This document shows, piece by piece, positions 48,868 to 60,163 of a stretch of DNA of 64,000 nt. Within the stretch, counting starts at the first letter, position 1, and each line of letters starts with the position of its first letter. The DNA comes from Oopsacas minuta (lineage: Eukaryota; Animalia; Porifera): positions 79,360 through 143,359 of the forward strand of contig JAKMXF010000327.1 in the NCBI GenBank assembly GCA_024704765.1, read 5' to 3'. The notes below the pieces were generated by a model that made no database searches, was not told where the DNA came from, and saw only the letters and a list, made by a program, of their open reading frames with translations. The position numbers were made by a program, and so were the translations under genes.

Positions 48868-50202
48868 CAGGGTGGCTCCAAAGTTCTGATACAAAATCAC
48901 AGTTAATATACAAACTTTATCAGAAGTATTTTCAATTGTTTGCTCTTCCATGACATACCGTATTTATTCGAATAGTAGCCGTGGCGATATTAATTTGAAC
49001 CCCCTCTTAGGGGGGGCGATTATTCGGGGTAGGCGATTAATTGAATAGGGACTACTATTCGAATAAATATGGTACTTAATTTAGTGTATACTATTTCGAA
49101 AAAAATTGTGATTGACCATGGAATCTGAGAGGTCAGCAATTATTGAGCTACATGTGCAGGGAAAAGTCCCTTAGAAATTTTGAAACTGCTGAATATTGCC
49201 AAAAGGATGTAGGGCATTTATCTACAGGACGATAAATCGATATAAGGGAACTAGGGACACTGTAGACAAGTCAAGATCTGGTCGTCCATGCTCTGTAACG
49301 ACCCCAGTTCTCAAGAATGTGGTGCGATAACGGATTCGGCGGAACCAACACCGTTCGATGAGGAAAATGGCCTTGGAGCTCAATATATCTCGCCGAGCAA
49401 TACAAAAGGTTGTGAAAAGGGACCTAGGAATGCGCTCTTTTAAACGCAAAAAGGTCCAATTCCTATCTGGGTCGGTGAAAGAAAAGAGAGTGTCCTGGAA
49501 CAAGAGCCTACTTGCTCTACACGCTATTGGGGTTCTCGAAAATACCCTTTTCTCAGATGAGAAGATTTTCACCATAGATCAGGCTCCAAATAGCCAAATC
49601 GGATGAAGAAACCGCTGTCGGTGATGGTTTGAGCGGGAGTCTCTGCTGTTGGCCAGACACCACTGATTTTCATCCCCCAGGAGTGAAAATCAATGCCAAA
49701 ACATACCAAGAGCTTGTATTATTGCTTGTGGTAAAGGTCTGAGCCAGACCATGTTTTCTGGATTTTGTCTTCTAACAAGATGATGCTCCCGCCCATACGT
49801 CCAATAAGACCCAAGATTGGCTGAAGTACAATACTTCCAATGTTATACATAAGGATGAATGGCCACCATACAGTCCCGATTTAAATTCAATGGACTATTC
49901 TGTATGGTCTATCTTGGAAAACAAGGCTTGTTCTGTGTCACACAACACAGTTAGCTCTCTAAAGATTTCCTTGTGTCGAGAATGGGAGAAGATACCCCAA
50001 GAAACTCTGCGTGCCGCAGTAGAAGGATCCGTGAACAGACTCCGGGCTGTCACTTCCTAAAAGGGTGATTATATTGAATAAATGACTAGGCAATCTCTTC
50101 CTAATAATATGTATTAATTATACATAAAAAATCAATGATGAAGGTCATGCTGAAAAAAATTTTAGACAAATTGGTTTGTATCAGAACTTTGGAGCCACCT
50201 TG
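48868..50202 (+). mobile_element. Tc1/mariner element of the maT (DD37D) type, defective
   Basis: 28-bp TIR CA(G/A)GGTGGCTCCAAAGTTCTGATACAAA (27/28), TA TSD. Transposase pseudogene 49118-50081 with RSGRP, LFSDEK and QD-x37-D ending WPPYSPDLNSMDY; several stops and frameshifts. Confidence 0.92.
48958..49072. mobile_element. 115-bp pogo/Tigger-like MITE nested in the maT 5' region
   Basis: TIR CCGTATTTATTCGAATAGTAG / CTACTATTCGAATAAATATGG, TA on both sides. Confidence 0.85.
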
Positions 50203-50496
50203 TATACATTTTAGGCCGAGAATTGCACCTGGGGATGGATTTTTATAAAGTGAAATTTCACACCATTTGCATATTATTCAAAATAGGCTAGACATTTCGT
50301 TTTAACTGCTAGTCGTGCTGTTCACTGAAATACAAATCCATCAATTTCAATTTCAGTTTCAGTTAACAAAAATGCTACATGTCAGTTTCAGTTCATACCA
50401 GTATATCCGCTGGAGCTTCTCTCCTCAAATTCCTCAAATTCTGCATATAATCAGATATAATTTTGTTGAAAATTAATACATACTATCATTCTAGAT

Positions 50497-51545
50497 CAGG
50501 GGTTCTTAACCAGGGGAAATTTCAGCATTTCTGTGGGGAAATGTGAGGATCTAGAACGCAATATTTCTCAGAAAAAGTAGACTATACAATAAAATGATAA
50601 TTCTTTCAGGATTCGAAATCTTGATGAATAGAAAACAGTACTAACTTGATAAATCAATAACAATCTGGATCCAATAGTATAAAATGTAAAGAAATCGATC
50701 TAATGGACATGTAAAGCCTTCACTACATCTTAGTTATACAGTGGAGTCTCCGATTAACGGACACGTTGGTGACATGGCTTATGTCCGTTGTAGAGAATTA
50801 TCCGCTTCTCGGAGACTGGTCCATCTTTTAATCAAAACACCTAATATGTATCATTTTGAATGCATTTTTACATGTATTAAAGTTGATAGTTACGGGAGAA
50901 GTCACAAGTTTATTATACTGTGATATGAATTAATATAACATAGAGTGATGACTGATGAGTAATGTAAACATATTGGCATTGCTTTATACTCTATATAGTA
51001 TAATGGGTGCCAAATAAGTCAGGAAGATAACTTTGTCTACTGGTTGACACTTGCAGACTAGCTACAGTATCTATTGTGGTGACAATGCCTATAGCTACTT
51101 CAAAACATTCTCGACTTTCACAATTTTTGGGAAGAAAAGTAAATAGAAGATTCGCTGATGTTACGGGAGAGAAAGAAATCAGAGGACTTGTATAGCACTC
51201 ATATTATTATGTAAATTTTGTGATATCTATGAAAATTTTTGGTTGCAGTTTCTGGGTTGTCCGTTCTTGGGAGATAATTTTGCATTAAGACACGCCATTC
51301 GGGGCCAGTTCCCTGTCCGTTTCCAAAATTCGGAGTTGGGCGCTCCTTGGAGACTGCTTAAGTATTATAAGCTTGGCAAATTCAATCCGTGCCACGAGGT
51401 TTGTCCGTTGTAGGGGGGGTTCTCCGCTTCTCGGAGTGTCCGTTTTGGGAGACTCCACTGTATATTACATCGAACATAATGTCGGGAAAATCTTGATTTG
51501 GTACCACGAAGGGGGAAATGGTTCAAATATGGTTAAGAACCACTG
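50497..51545. mobile_element. hAT (Buster-type) MITE carrying a nested insertion
   Basis: TIR CAGGGGTTCTTAACC / GGTTAAGAACCACTG (14/15). Perfect 8-bp TSD TTCTAGAT. Confidence 0.9.
50739..51460. mobile_element. pogo/Tigger-like MITE nested in the hAT MITE
   Basis: TIR CAGTGGAGTCTCC...AACGGACAC at both ends, TA TSD. Confidence 0.85.
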
Positions 51546-51747
51546 TTCTAGATCAACACTTCGATGCCTATCCAAATTATCACTTGACTGGTTAAGATTA
51601 TTCTCTAGTGCTGCGATACCAGTTGAGGACAGGATACGTTCTCTATCTAACGCAGCACTTAAAGAACCACGATAGCATCAATCGTGATATGTTAGATTTG
51701 ATGGAGGATTTGAATTATAATATTGAATAATAATGACATAGGACATG

Positions 51748-52090
51748 CTACCGCGCTTCGCTTGCTTGCGCTCCGCGGTTTGCGAACACTTTGTGTTCGC
51801 ATGGGGCTCGGCACTTCGTGCCTCGAATTAAGCAAAGTATAAAGTAGCAAATTATTCACAATACATTGGTGATAAATTCATATTTGTAATCAGCATATCC
51901 GATTACTCCAGTATAACGGTTGAAAGTCAGTTTCTGAATTTAATTAGAAAATTGTTACTTTATATACCTATAAAACAACAAATATTCATATTACATAGTT
52001 GAAAATATCATATTCGGATTCAGTGTACTTGATTACCCATATATATCTGTTGAGAGCAAGTCTCTAAGTATATTTCGAGAGTTAACTATT
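51748..52090 (-). repeat. Helitron-like repeat, same family as 38290-38488
   Basis: Reverse-complement match over about 190 bp, ending GCAAGCGAAGCGCGGTAG. GAGAGCAAGTCTCTAAGTATA is also shared with about 8092-8112. Confidence 0.55.
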
Positions 52091-52324
52091 TGTTTACTCC
52101 ATATTCTTAAGAACATAGGGACAGCACCTGATAGAGGTCAGATTACTCGCACCCTCATAACTATTTCCCAAAAATCAAGAACCCCTGGGTGTGTGAGGTG
52201 CACCCTGATAAAGGCCTGAATGGAGGGGGCCCGCCATCCCCCTGGATCGGCCACTGCCACTGCCCACTCCTTACGGTAACTTACTTAAATATTTTCTTTA
52301 GTATTAGTTCAAGAAATACACAGC

Positions 52325-55300
52325 ATGTCAAGCACCGATCCAAGTACTCAAAATTATAGTGATAAATGGTTCTGTTGTGTTTGTAGCAGACCTTCGTCGA
52401 GGCACGAGTTTTATCAGGAGCTCGTCCACTATTGTGATCTCCTATTTTTCCCCAACAATCGAGCCTCTATGCACATTAGTTGTTACACAAAATTCTTGAA
52501 AGAACTGCAATCTACTTCAGCGAATGCATCTGAGATAACTCATTCAATCGTATGTAACCACATAAACTCTACAACATGTCGCTTAGATAGTCTGCAATGC
52601 AAGTGTAGACCCGAATATAAGAAGCTCCTCAAGTTTCACATGGTTCGACCTCATCCTTATACTTTTTGTGTTTCTTGTTCTTCGATTTATGAGATTATTA
52701 CATCACATGCTAATAACATTAAATCTGTAGCCCATACAAGTAATTATAATCTACATTCACAATGTTTTGTTCCTCTTTGTAAGGAAGCGAGAAGAGAACT
52801 CACAATATCGGATCCTTCCAAACCTTTCATTAGTTTTCCATGTCAAAATGATACAGCCAACTTTAAGTACAACCAGGGATGTTACTCTCCAAACAAGATC
52901 ACCATTAACAGTATTACTATAACAGAAGATAATTATAATTATCCTAGTTCTAGTTCACAGAGAAATTTCGAAGTCATCCAAGAACTTGGCAGTGGAGCAA
53001 GAGGTGTAGTCGAATTAGCTCGTACATTAGATGGTGAGTACTTCGCAATAAAAACGTTGAATGAAAAATGGTATTTTGATGGCGTTCCTACTTCAAATGA
53101 AGAATCAATTCTGTCTTCTCTAAATCACTCAAATATTATTAAATGTTTCGGAGGACTAGAACTTAAAAATTATAATGGAATATTTCTGGAATACGCTACC
53201 AATGGAACTTTAGAAACACACATTAAATATCACAATGGCTTAACTTCATTCCAAACACTATTTTACTTAAGACAGCTTTCCTCAGCTCTTTCTTACCTGC
53301 ATATGAAATCTATTATTCACCGTGATGTCAAGTCCGATAATGTTTTGCTATTTAATGCTGGTTACACTTGCAAATTAACTGATTTTTCTGAAGCATATTT
53401 GTTCTCCAAATACACAGGTGATTTCTAAACAACTATTCAGTTTTTTTACTACCTCGCTCGGCACTTCTTTGAATTTAGTATAAAACGGCTCCGTTTCTTA
53501 GTGCTTTTGGTCGCTACCTGACGGAATATGATTAGTACCGTACTGTGTCTCGAATAAATAAGTACTTTGGGGTAGGATTTTATGAATTTATTATTCATGG
53601 TCCATCCAAAATTAATTAAATCGTTTCCTGTGGTGATACCAATCCCTACAGCCTGGGTTATTTCATGACAGTAAACATATCAATATTATATACTCACCAA
53701 CCTCTTGTAACTGTTTCCCTTGATATTTATCTCGAATTCCCTGGATTTTCAAACCTTTCCCTGGATATCTACTTTTATTTTCAAATAATTGATGGATATT
53801 GACTACCAAGTTGTGCTAAATAATTAATATATGATACACCGTTTATAGTTTGACTTGAAAAAATTAGATCAAAGGAGTTTCCGCAGTTTGAAAAAGGTTG
53901 AGAACTACTGGTTTCTCTTTTTATCTTCCTAATTGCTAAACCATGAGTTAGTTCTCCATTTTTCCCCATTTTAAAGGATCCCATACAGACAGAAACCTTC
54001 AGATTTTCTAAATATATTTATAATTGTATACAATAGAACCTCGTTAATACGTACACGAGCGGAGCATCGAAATTTGTGCTTCTTATCCGGAGTACGTTAA
54101 CCGCAGCAATATCAATTGAAAGCCATTGTAGGGATCTTATTTTGTGTAAATATGTGTTCATACTAACGAGGTCTACTGTACATACTACATCTTCCATTTA
54201 TGTATTTACATTCCTAATTAGATCCAACATTCACAATATATATCACCCCGTAAGCTATATCCGCACTAGTGAAGTTTTATCCTCAACAATACTCAACAAT
54301 ATGGATATTTGTTTATCCATAGTTGTTCTCATAGGCATATAATTCCTGTAAACATTGTGAAATTCTAGGGTGTCAGAATTTGCAAATTGACACACAAATG
54401 TTGAGTTAAATAATCAAATAGTTTTCTAAATGCACGAACAAGACGATGATAATACAAATAATGGAAACTTATTTAATGATCATCTTTAAAGTAAATCGGG
54501 CATAACTTTTACAAGAAATTTGTCTAAGTAAGCAATAAGATGACGTCATTTCGGCCCTGGAAATACTTAGTAGATATAGACAGTGCGTATTGTCTTTGAT
54601 GATTTTGGTCGCTACGCAACTGTTTATACTCGGCACTATGTGCCTCGGGGTTAGTTATTTGTTGGAATATTAATTTTATATTATCCATGGTTCATCCAAA
54701 TTCAATTTAATGACCTTCTGTGGTATACTGGAGCTACTACGTGGCTTTTTGTTAGTACCTGGGGCCTATAAGCTATTCTGAATCTGAAGTTTTTCGAAAT
54801 TTGGATATTTTATACAGTCATGATGAGTTAGCTTTGGTCAGAATCAGACGTCAGGACATTTGTCACATTGAAGGGTACCTGTATTCAAATTTCAAACTTC
54901 TATCATGTATATTGGCTGAGCAGTGGTTAAGGGTGTGATTTTTCGACATCCAAAGGGGTGACAATGACGTCATAGTTTCGTCAGGTGTGAATTTTCGTGC
55001 AAGACTCGAACTTGTCCGAGCCATGCCCAAAATACTCCTGTATGCCAAAAATCAGCCAGGGGGTCTTCCAGTGTCTTCAATTAATTCTGGAAATACAAAC
55101 CTGCATATACATTTACACAGATTAATTGCGTTTTAATAATATAGATATATATGTTTGTAAGGGTATTTTGGGGCTGCCTCGTACAAGTTCGAGTCTTGTA
55201 CGAAAATTCACACCTGACGAAATTATGACGTCATTGTCACCCCTTTGGATGTCGAAAAATCACACCCTTAACCACTGCTCAGCCAATATACATGATAGAA

Positions 55301-58300
55301 GTTTGAAATTTGAATACAGGTACCCCTCAATGTGACAAATGTCCTGACGTCTGATTCTGACCAAAAGCAAACTCATCATGGAATGATTGCGTTATCATGA
55401 CTGTACAAAATAATCAAAACTGCAAATTCACTATTTTTGAGAATTTCATGATACTCGAGGCACGAAGTGCCCAGATTACGAACCAACAGCCAAATAGCAG
55501 CAGTATTACCACATGCGTGATTTAATTACTTCAAAAATTCGCCAAAATCTTGTTTTAGGTGCGGAATTGGTTAAACGAATGGTGTAATTTTACTGTTCCT
55601 TTTCATTACGAACGTAACTCTTATGCCGTAATCGGTTAAATGGAATTTGGGTGGAATGGAGCATGGATAACATAATATTTCCGACAATAATTATCCTCGA
55701 GGCACGTACTGCCGACTATGCCCGATCGCTTAGCTACCCAAACCATCAAATTTTTGTTATTTAATACTTAAGCTAACCAGAGGTACTAAGCTGTCGCAAA
55801 CGAACCGCTAGTTTTGAATAATTGCAAAATATGATTGGGGGGGAATGAAGATAATCCGAATTCTATCAACTTAATCTCCGTATATTGTGTCAAACTATCA
55901 CGTGTACTTGTCACAATATATAGAGTTTACAATTGATAGAATTCGGAAAATCCCGATTACCAAGACTTATTTTTGTGCTATTATTCAAAATGTGTACTTA
56001 CTTGACTTTTCAAACTGAAAAATTGTCTGATCAACTTAGCGTAAATAACTGGGTCGAATACCTCGATCTACCTGTTTATCATGAATTATACATTTATAGT
56101 TAATATTTATCTCAAAATCGTGTATTTGCAAGAAATACACTGAACTCTCGTTATAACCTGTTCTCGGGCTTTCTTTTCGTTATAAGTGGAGTTTGTTGTA
56201 ATCAGAGTACGTTAAATACACATTTGTTTGTCAAAGACTATCAATAATAGCGGAAGTCTTTAATCCAAGTTCGTTAAATACGGAGATTTTATAATAAGGT
56301 ACCAATCCGAGCGGAATAAGTTTAACTGAGGTTGTTTTGAGGAGACTTCGTTATAAGGGGCTGAAAATCAGTAGCTTTTGGCATAATGAAATACTGAACT
56401 TCGTGTTTAGCTGAATTTCGTTGTTTCCATCCATCTATATCGTCATAAACGATCTTTTTACAATATAATTATATGGAAGGATTTACGGATCAGTGGACCA
56501 CTTGGTTATGAGAGGAGTTTCGTTGTATCCGACTTGGTTATAACGGGAGTTAACTGTATGTGAAAAAATAGCAAGAGAATTAGAAGGCCGCGGGGGACGA
56601 TATTGTAAAATCGAGAAAATGTCATTTCGATAGCTGATATGTGCATAACTAGACTCATTTTGTTTTTATCATGCGGCGTCGAACATGGAGTCACAATTAG
56701 TATTTCGATAAGTTTGAGAATGGTTTACTCATTCCCGAGACCTTCTTGCGTTGCTATGGAAAAATATTTCCGAATATGGTCATGTTTCCACTTAAACGAC
56801 GGGAAATGTTACACTCGTTAAGAAAACAACTGAATAATATGACCGGACCTCAATCATAAAAGTTATTTAAATTATCTCCAAGGACAAGATGACTAAGCCC
56901 ACCTTTGAAAATTTGAGAAATTGCCTTTCCAACCATGCATAAAATTATTTTATATATAATTCTCCGACCTCAACCACAAATTCTACAGGACTATATTTCT
57001 TAGAATAACTCTATACCCGAGGTGCACCAATTTTCATTTAAATAGTACCTCTAGTTTTTTAGGACACCGCGGACGTACACACATCTTCATGACATTAGGA
57101 CATCTCTGTAATGGAGCTGCACTAAAAATAATCACATAAAATACTAAATCATTCACTGCATTCAAATTTGAAATATACGGTAAAGGGGGCCTCTGTAAAT
57201 TATTGTACAAATCTCGGCCAGGATTTGGAACATTCGCTATCTCCAACGGATTTTCTAGCCCTGTGTGTTAGAGCTAGTACTACGTATTACTCTTAATCCT
57301 ATCAAATAGAAGGGTATGCTCCATAGGTCTTAACCATGAATACGATAATTCTACTAATTACGTTTCCGTTATTGGTCCGATACTCCAACAATCCTAGGAG
57401 AACGTTGTTATTTTATTGGGTGATTTTGTAGGTCCCACAAGGTATAAAGATCCTCGTATCCAGGATAAAGACGACATTCACGGTTCACCTATGTACTGGG
57501 CTCCTGAGACGGTGTTTGGCTATGGACAGTTGGAATATTCCGACATCTGGTCACTTGGTATTTTAACTTGTAGAATGTTATCTCCAACACTTCCTCATCA
57601 GGAAGGATGCAGTCAACTCCATACTTTGTTGACCAAATATCGTCATGATGACCAACGTCTTGCAGTTTTAACAATGAATTCATTTTTCTCATCCATAAAG
57701 AATGAACCATGTTACTTTAAAAATGAATTGCGGGGAAAGTTTGAGCCTAAATTTTGTTTTATTTTTAATAACCTGTTTGACTTTATGCTGTGTTTGGATG
57801 CAACACAACGTAAAACTGCAAGGGATGTCCTAAATGAAATATTATCAGATAGAACTTATCAAGAGGAATTTATAAAAGATTTCAAGGTATTTGATTGTTG
57901 TGATGAGTGCGATAGTTTACCACATTATTTCGATTATGAAAAACATATTGAATCTGAATATCGGAAAAAAGTTGATAGAAATTTCAAACCTCCAAACCTG
58001 ATGAATTATGGAGAAAAGTGTTTTAATGAAATCAAACCTTTACGTGAAAATCCAGGGGATGCTTTTACGATTAGTATATATATTCACTGGCATTATTGGT
58101 TTCGTTTTAAATTTAATTTCCGACCGAAGTTTCATGACTTTTTAATTCATTTCTTGATGCCGACAATTGGTGCTACTAGTCATAATGATTTGCATTTATT
58201 GACGTATAATGAAAAGTATTCAGAATTCGACCATCATTCATCTCAACAGTTGGATACGTACTGTTTCTCTTGTTACTATTGTTTTCTTTCAGATGATCTT

Positions 58301-58324
58301 TTGGACAAAAATAAAGTATCATAG
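52325..58324 (+). CDS. Ser/Thr protein kinase with Cys/His-rich N-terminus; two exons 52325-53417 and 57432-58324 (661 aa), phase-1 GT-AG intron 53418-57431
   Basis: Exon 1 has GSGARG, FAIK, HRDVKSDN and KLTDFS. Exon 2 has GSPMYWAPE and SDIWSLG. Donor ACAG|GTGATT and acceptor TTTTGTAG|GT join in frame (1093+893 = 1986 nt = 662 codons). Confidence 0.82.
54834..55364. repeat. Near-perfect foldback repeat in the kinase intron: arms 54834-55020 and 55178-55364 (187 bp, 4 mismatches by hand)
   Basis: Arm coordinates sum to 110198 at both ends. Older, more diverged inverted arms lie outside at about 54590-54745 and 55640-55760. Confidence 0.92.
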
Positions 58325-58456
58325 GATATACTTTTTGATTTAGAATCTTGTATTTATGTATATAGTGGATGTGAATATCTAGCAACAATATTGATTGTTT
58401 AATTATACACAAATATTTTTACGCCATTGATGATGTTGATGGCCTTCAAGGAGTTC

Positions 58457-58534
58457 ATCAATTTTTGATGCACAAAAAGAGGAGGTCATCAAAATTTGTT
58501 GATGACCTCCTCTTTCGATGCGCCAAAAATTGAT
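58457..58534. repeat. 78-nt hairpin (36-bp stem, 6-nt loop)
   Basis: ATCAATTTTTGATGCACAAAAAGAGGAGGTCATCAA-AATTTG-TTGATGACCTCCTCTTTCGATGCGCCAAAAATTGAT. 31/36 Watson-Crick, with the inner 17 bp perfect. Confidence 0.85.
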
Positions 58535-58718
58535 TTATTAACATGAGAAAATTATTACGATTCAATTTAATTTATGATCAACAGTCACATATGGCTACCG
58601 ACACTTTGTACTATTTGGACGAATTTGGGTATAAAGAAGGATCACCAAAATTGACGATCTAAAATACAGCTCATCTAAAAATGACTAAACTTTTGATGAG
58701 ATTGAATCTAACCTCAAT

Positions 58719-59496
58719 CATAGACTACTATATCATACAGATAGGAAAGTAGTCGAGCAACGAATAAAAACGAGAGGCCATTTATATAAAGCTGATAAAA
58801 GTTAAATTAACCCTTCAAAATTTTTGAATTGAACTTTTTGGGGCTAGAAATGTGAAGAATCAGTTAAGAGTACCTACAAAGTTCAAACTGCCATCCTTCA
58901 TATCGTTTAGGCGCATTCAAATCAAGACATCAAAATTCACAGAAATGCTCATCAAAAATCGAGTTTTTTTACTTTTTGAAATTCTTATATTTCGATGAAT
59001 TAATGTCCTCTATTTATTCTTATGGTATAAATAATTTGCACGTTTTCTTTAGAATAGAATTCGGATCACATCTTCATATCATATTTTCGAAAATTCGTAA
59101 ATATATTATTTTCATGTCCATGGTATAATTCAGAAATTTTTCAGCCAATTTGCTATTTTTAAAACATGGATTAAACTTGAGTATGAAGTACATATACGAA
59201 TTCAAACAATATTAGCATAAAGTTAAATACAATGCATTTTTTACAAAAATATTTGAGAAAATAGTCAAATAATATAAATGCTAATGTCACCCCATAAATG
59301 GCGCCTAAACGAGATGAAGGATGGCCGTTTGAACTTTTTGGTAGTCTTAACTGATTCTTCAGACTTTCTAACCCTAAAAAGTTCAATTCACAAATTTTGA
59401 AGGGCTAATTAACTTTTATGAGATCTATATAAATGGCCTCTCTCTTTTTAATTCGTTGCTCACTACTTTCCTATCTGTATGATATAGTAGTCTCTG
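58719..59496. mobile_element. Non-autonomous element with about 200-bp imperfect TIRs
   Basis: 58719-58917 is the approximate reverse complement of 59297-59496. Flanks CCTCAAT vs CCTGAAT. A partial third arm lies at about 60730-60850. Confidence 0.8.
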
Positions 59497-59719
59497 CCTG
59501 AATCTATGATTTACACCTCGATACTATTCAAACGCGATTAATCTGAATATATATAATTAATATCTAAGTTGTTTAATATGTCTTTAATGAAGACGTATTA
59601 CGTATAATACATATTATACGTTCAATCTACAATTTTGGTGACGTAACTTCAATTTGGCTGATTTCTACAATATAAATTTTACATAAAAACAGAAGTTCTT
59701 AAGTTGTTAATGAGAAATA

Positions 59720-60163
59720 CAGTAAACATTGGATTTAACGACACTCGTTTGGGCAGGCAAAATGGTCGCTATATCCGATTTGTTGCTAAATCCGAGGAAG
59801 CTTTAAATATGCATTATATTGTACGCACAATAGCTTTAAATATGTATTTTCCTAAGGAGCCAGGTGCTGTTGATTCAAAACAGGGGAGATTTTAATTGAT
59901 TTATAATTAAATCAATTATTAAAACCTTAATACTTCACTAATTAGTACACTTTCTGAAGTCAACGGTACAGACAGTCCAAAAGTCGTAATATCCGATGGG
60001 ATTGCATGGAGCAGGCATAGAAAATATGTTGCTAAATTCAATGTGTCGTTATGCCTGAGGTATGGTGTGTGTAGAATAATGCTGCGAGATTCTGGGCAAG
60101 CAAAATGAGTTGTTATAAGCAATTTGTCGTTCAAGCCGATGTCCTTAAATCCAATGTTTACTG
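59720..60163. mobile_element. pogo/Tigger-like MITE
   Basis: 24-bp TIR CAGTAAACATTGGATTTAA(C/G)GACA (23/24), TA TSD. Confidence 0.88.

Noticed and set aside
54863-55335. Twin ORFs 54863-55048 (-) and 55126-55335 (+) with near-identical peptides
   Set aside because: A by-product of the DNA palindrome; non-ATG starts and no protein-like features.
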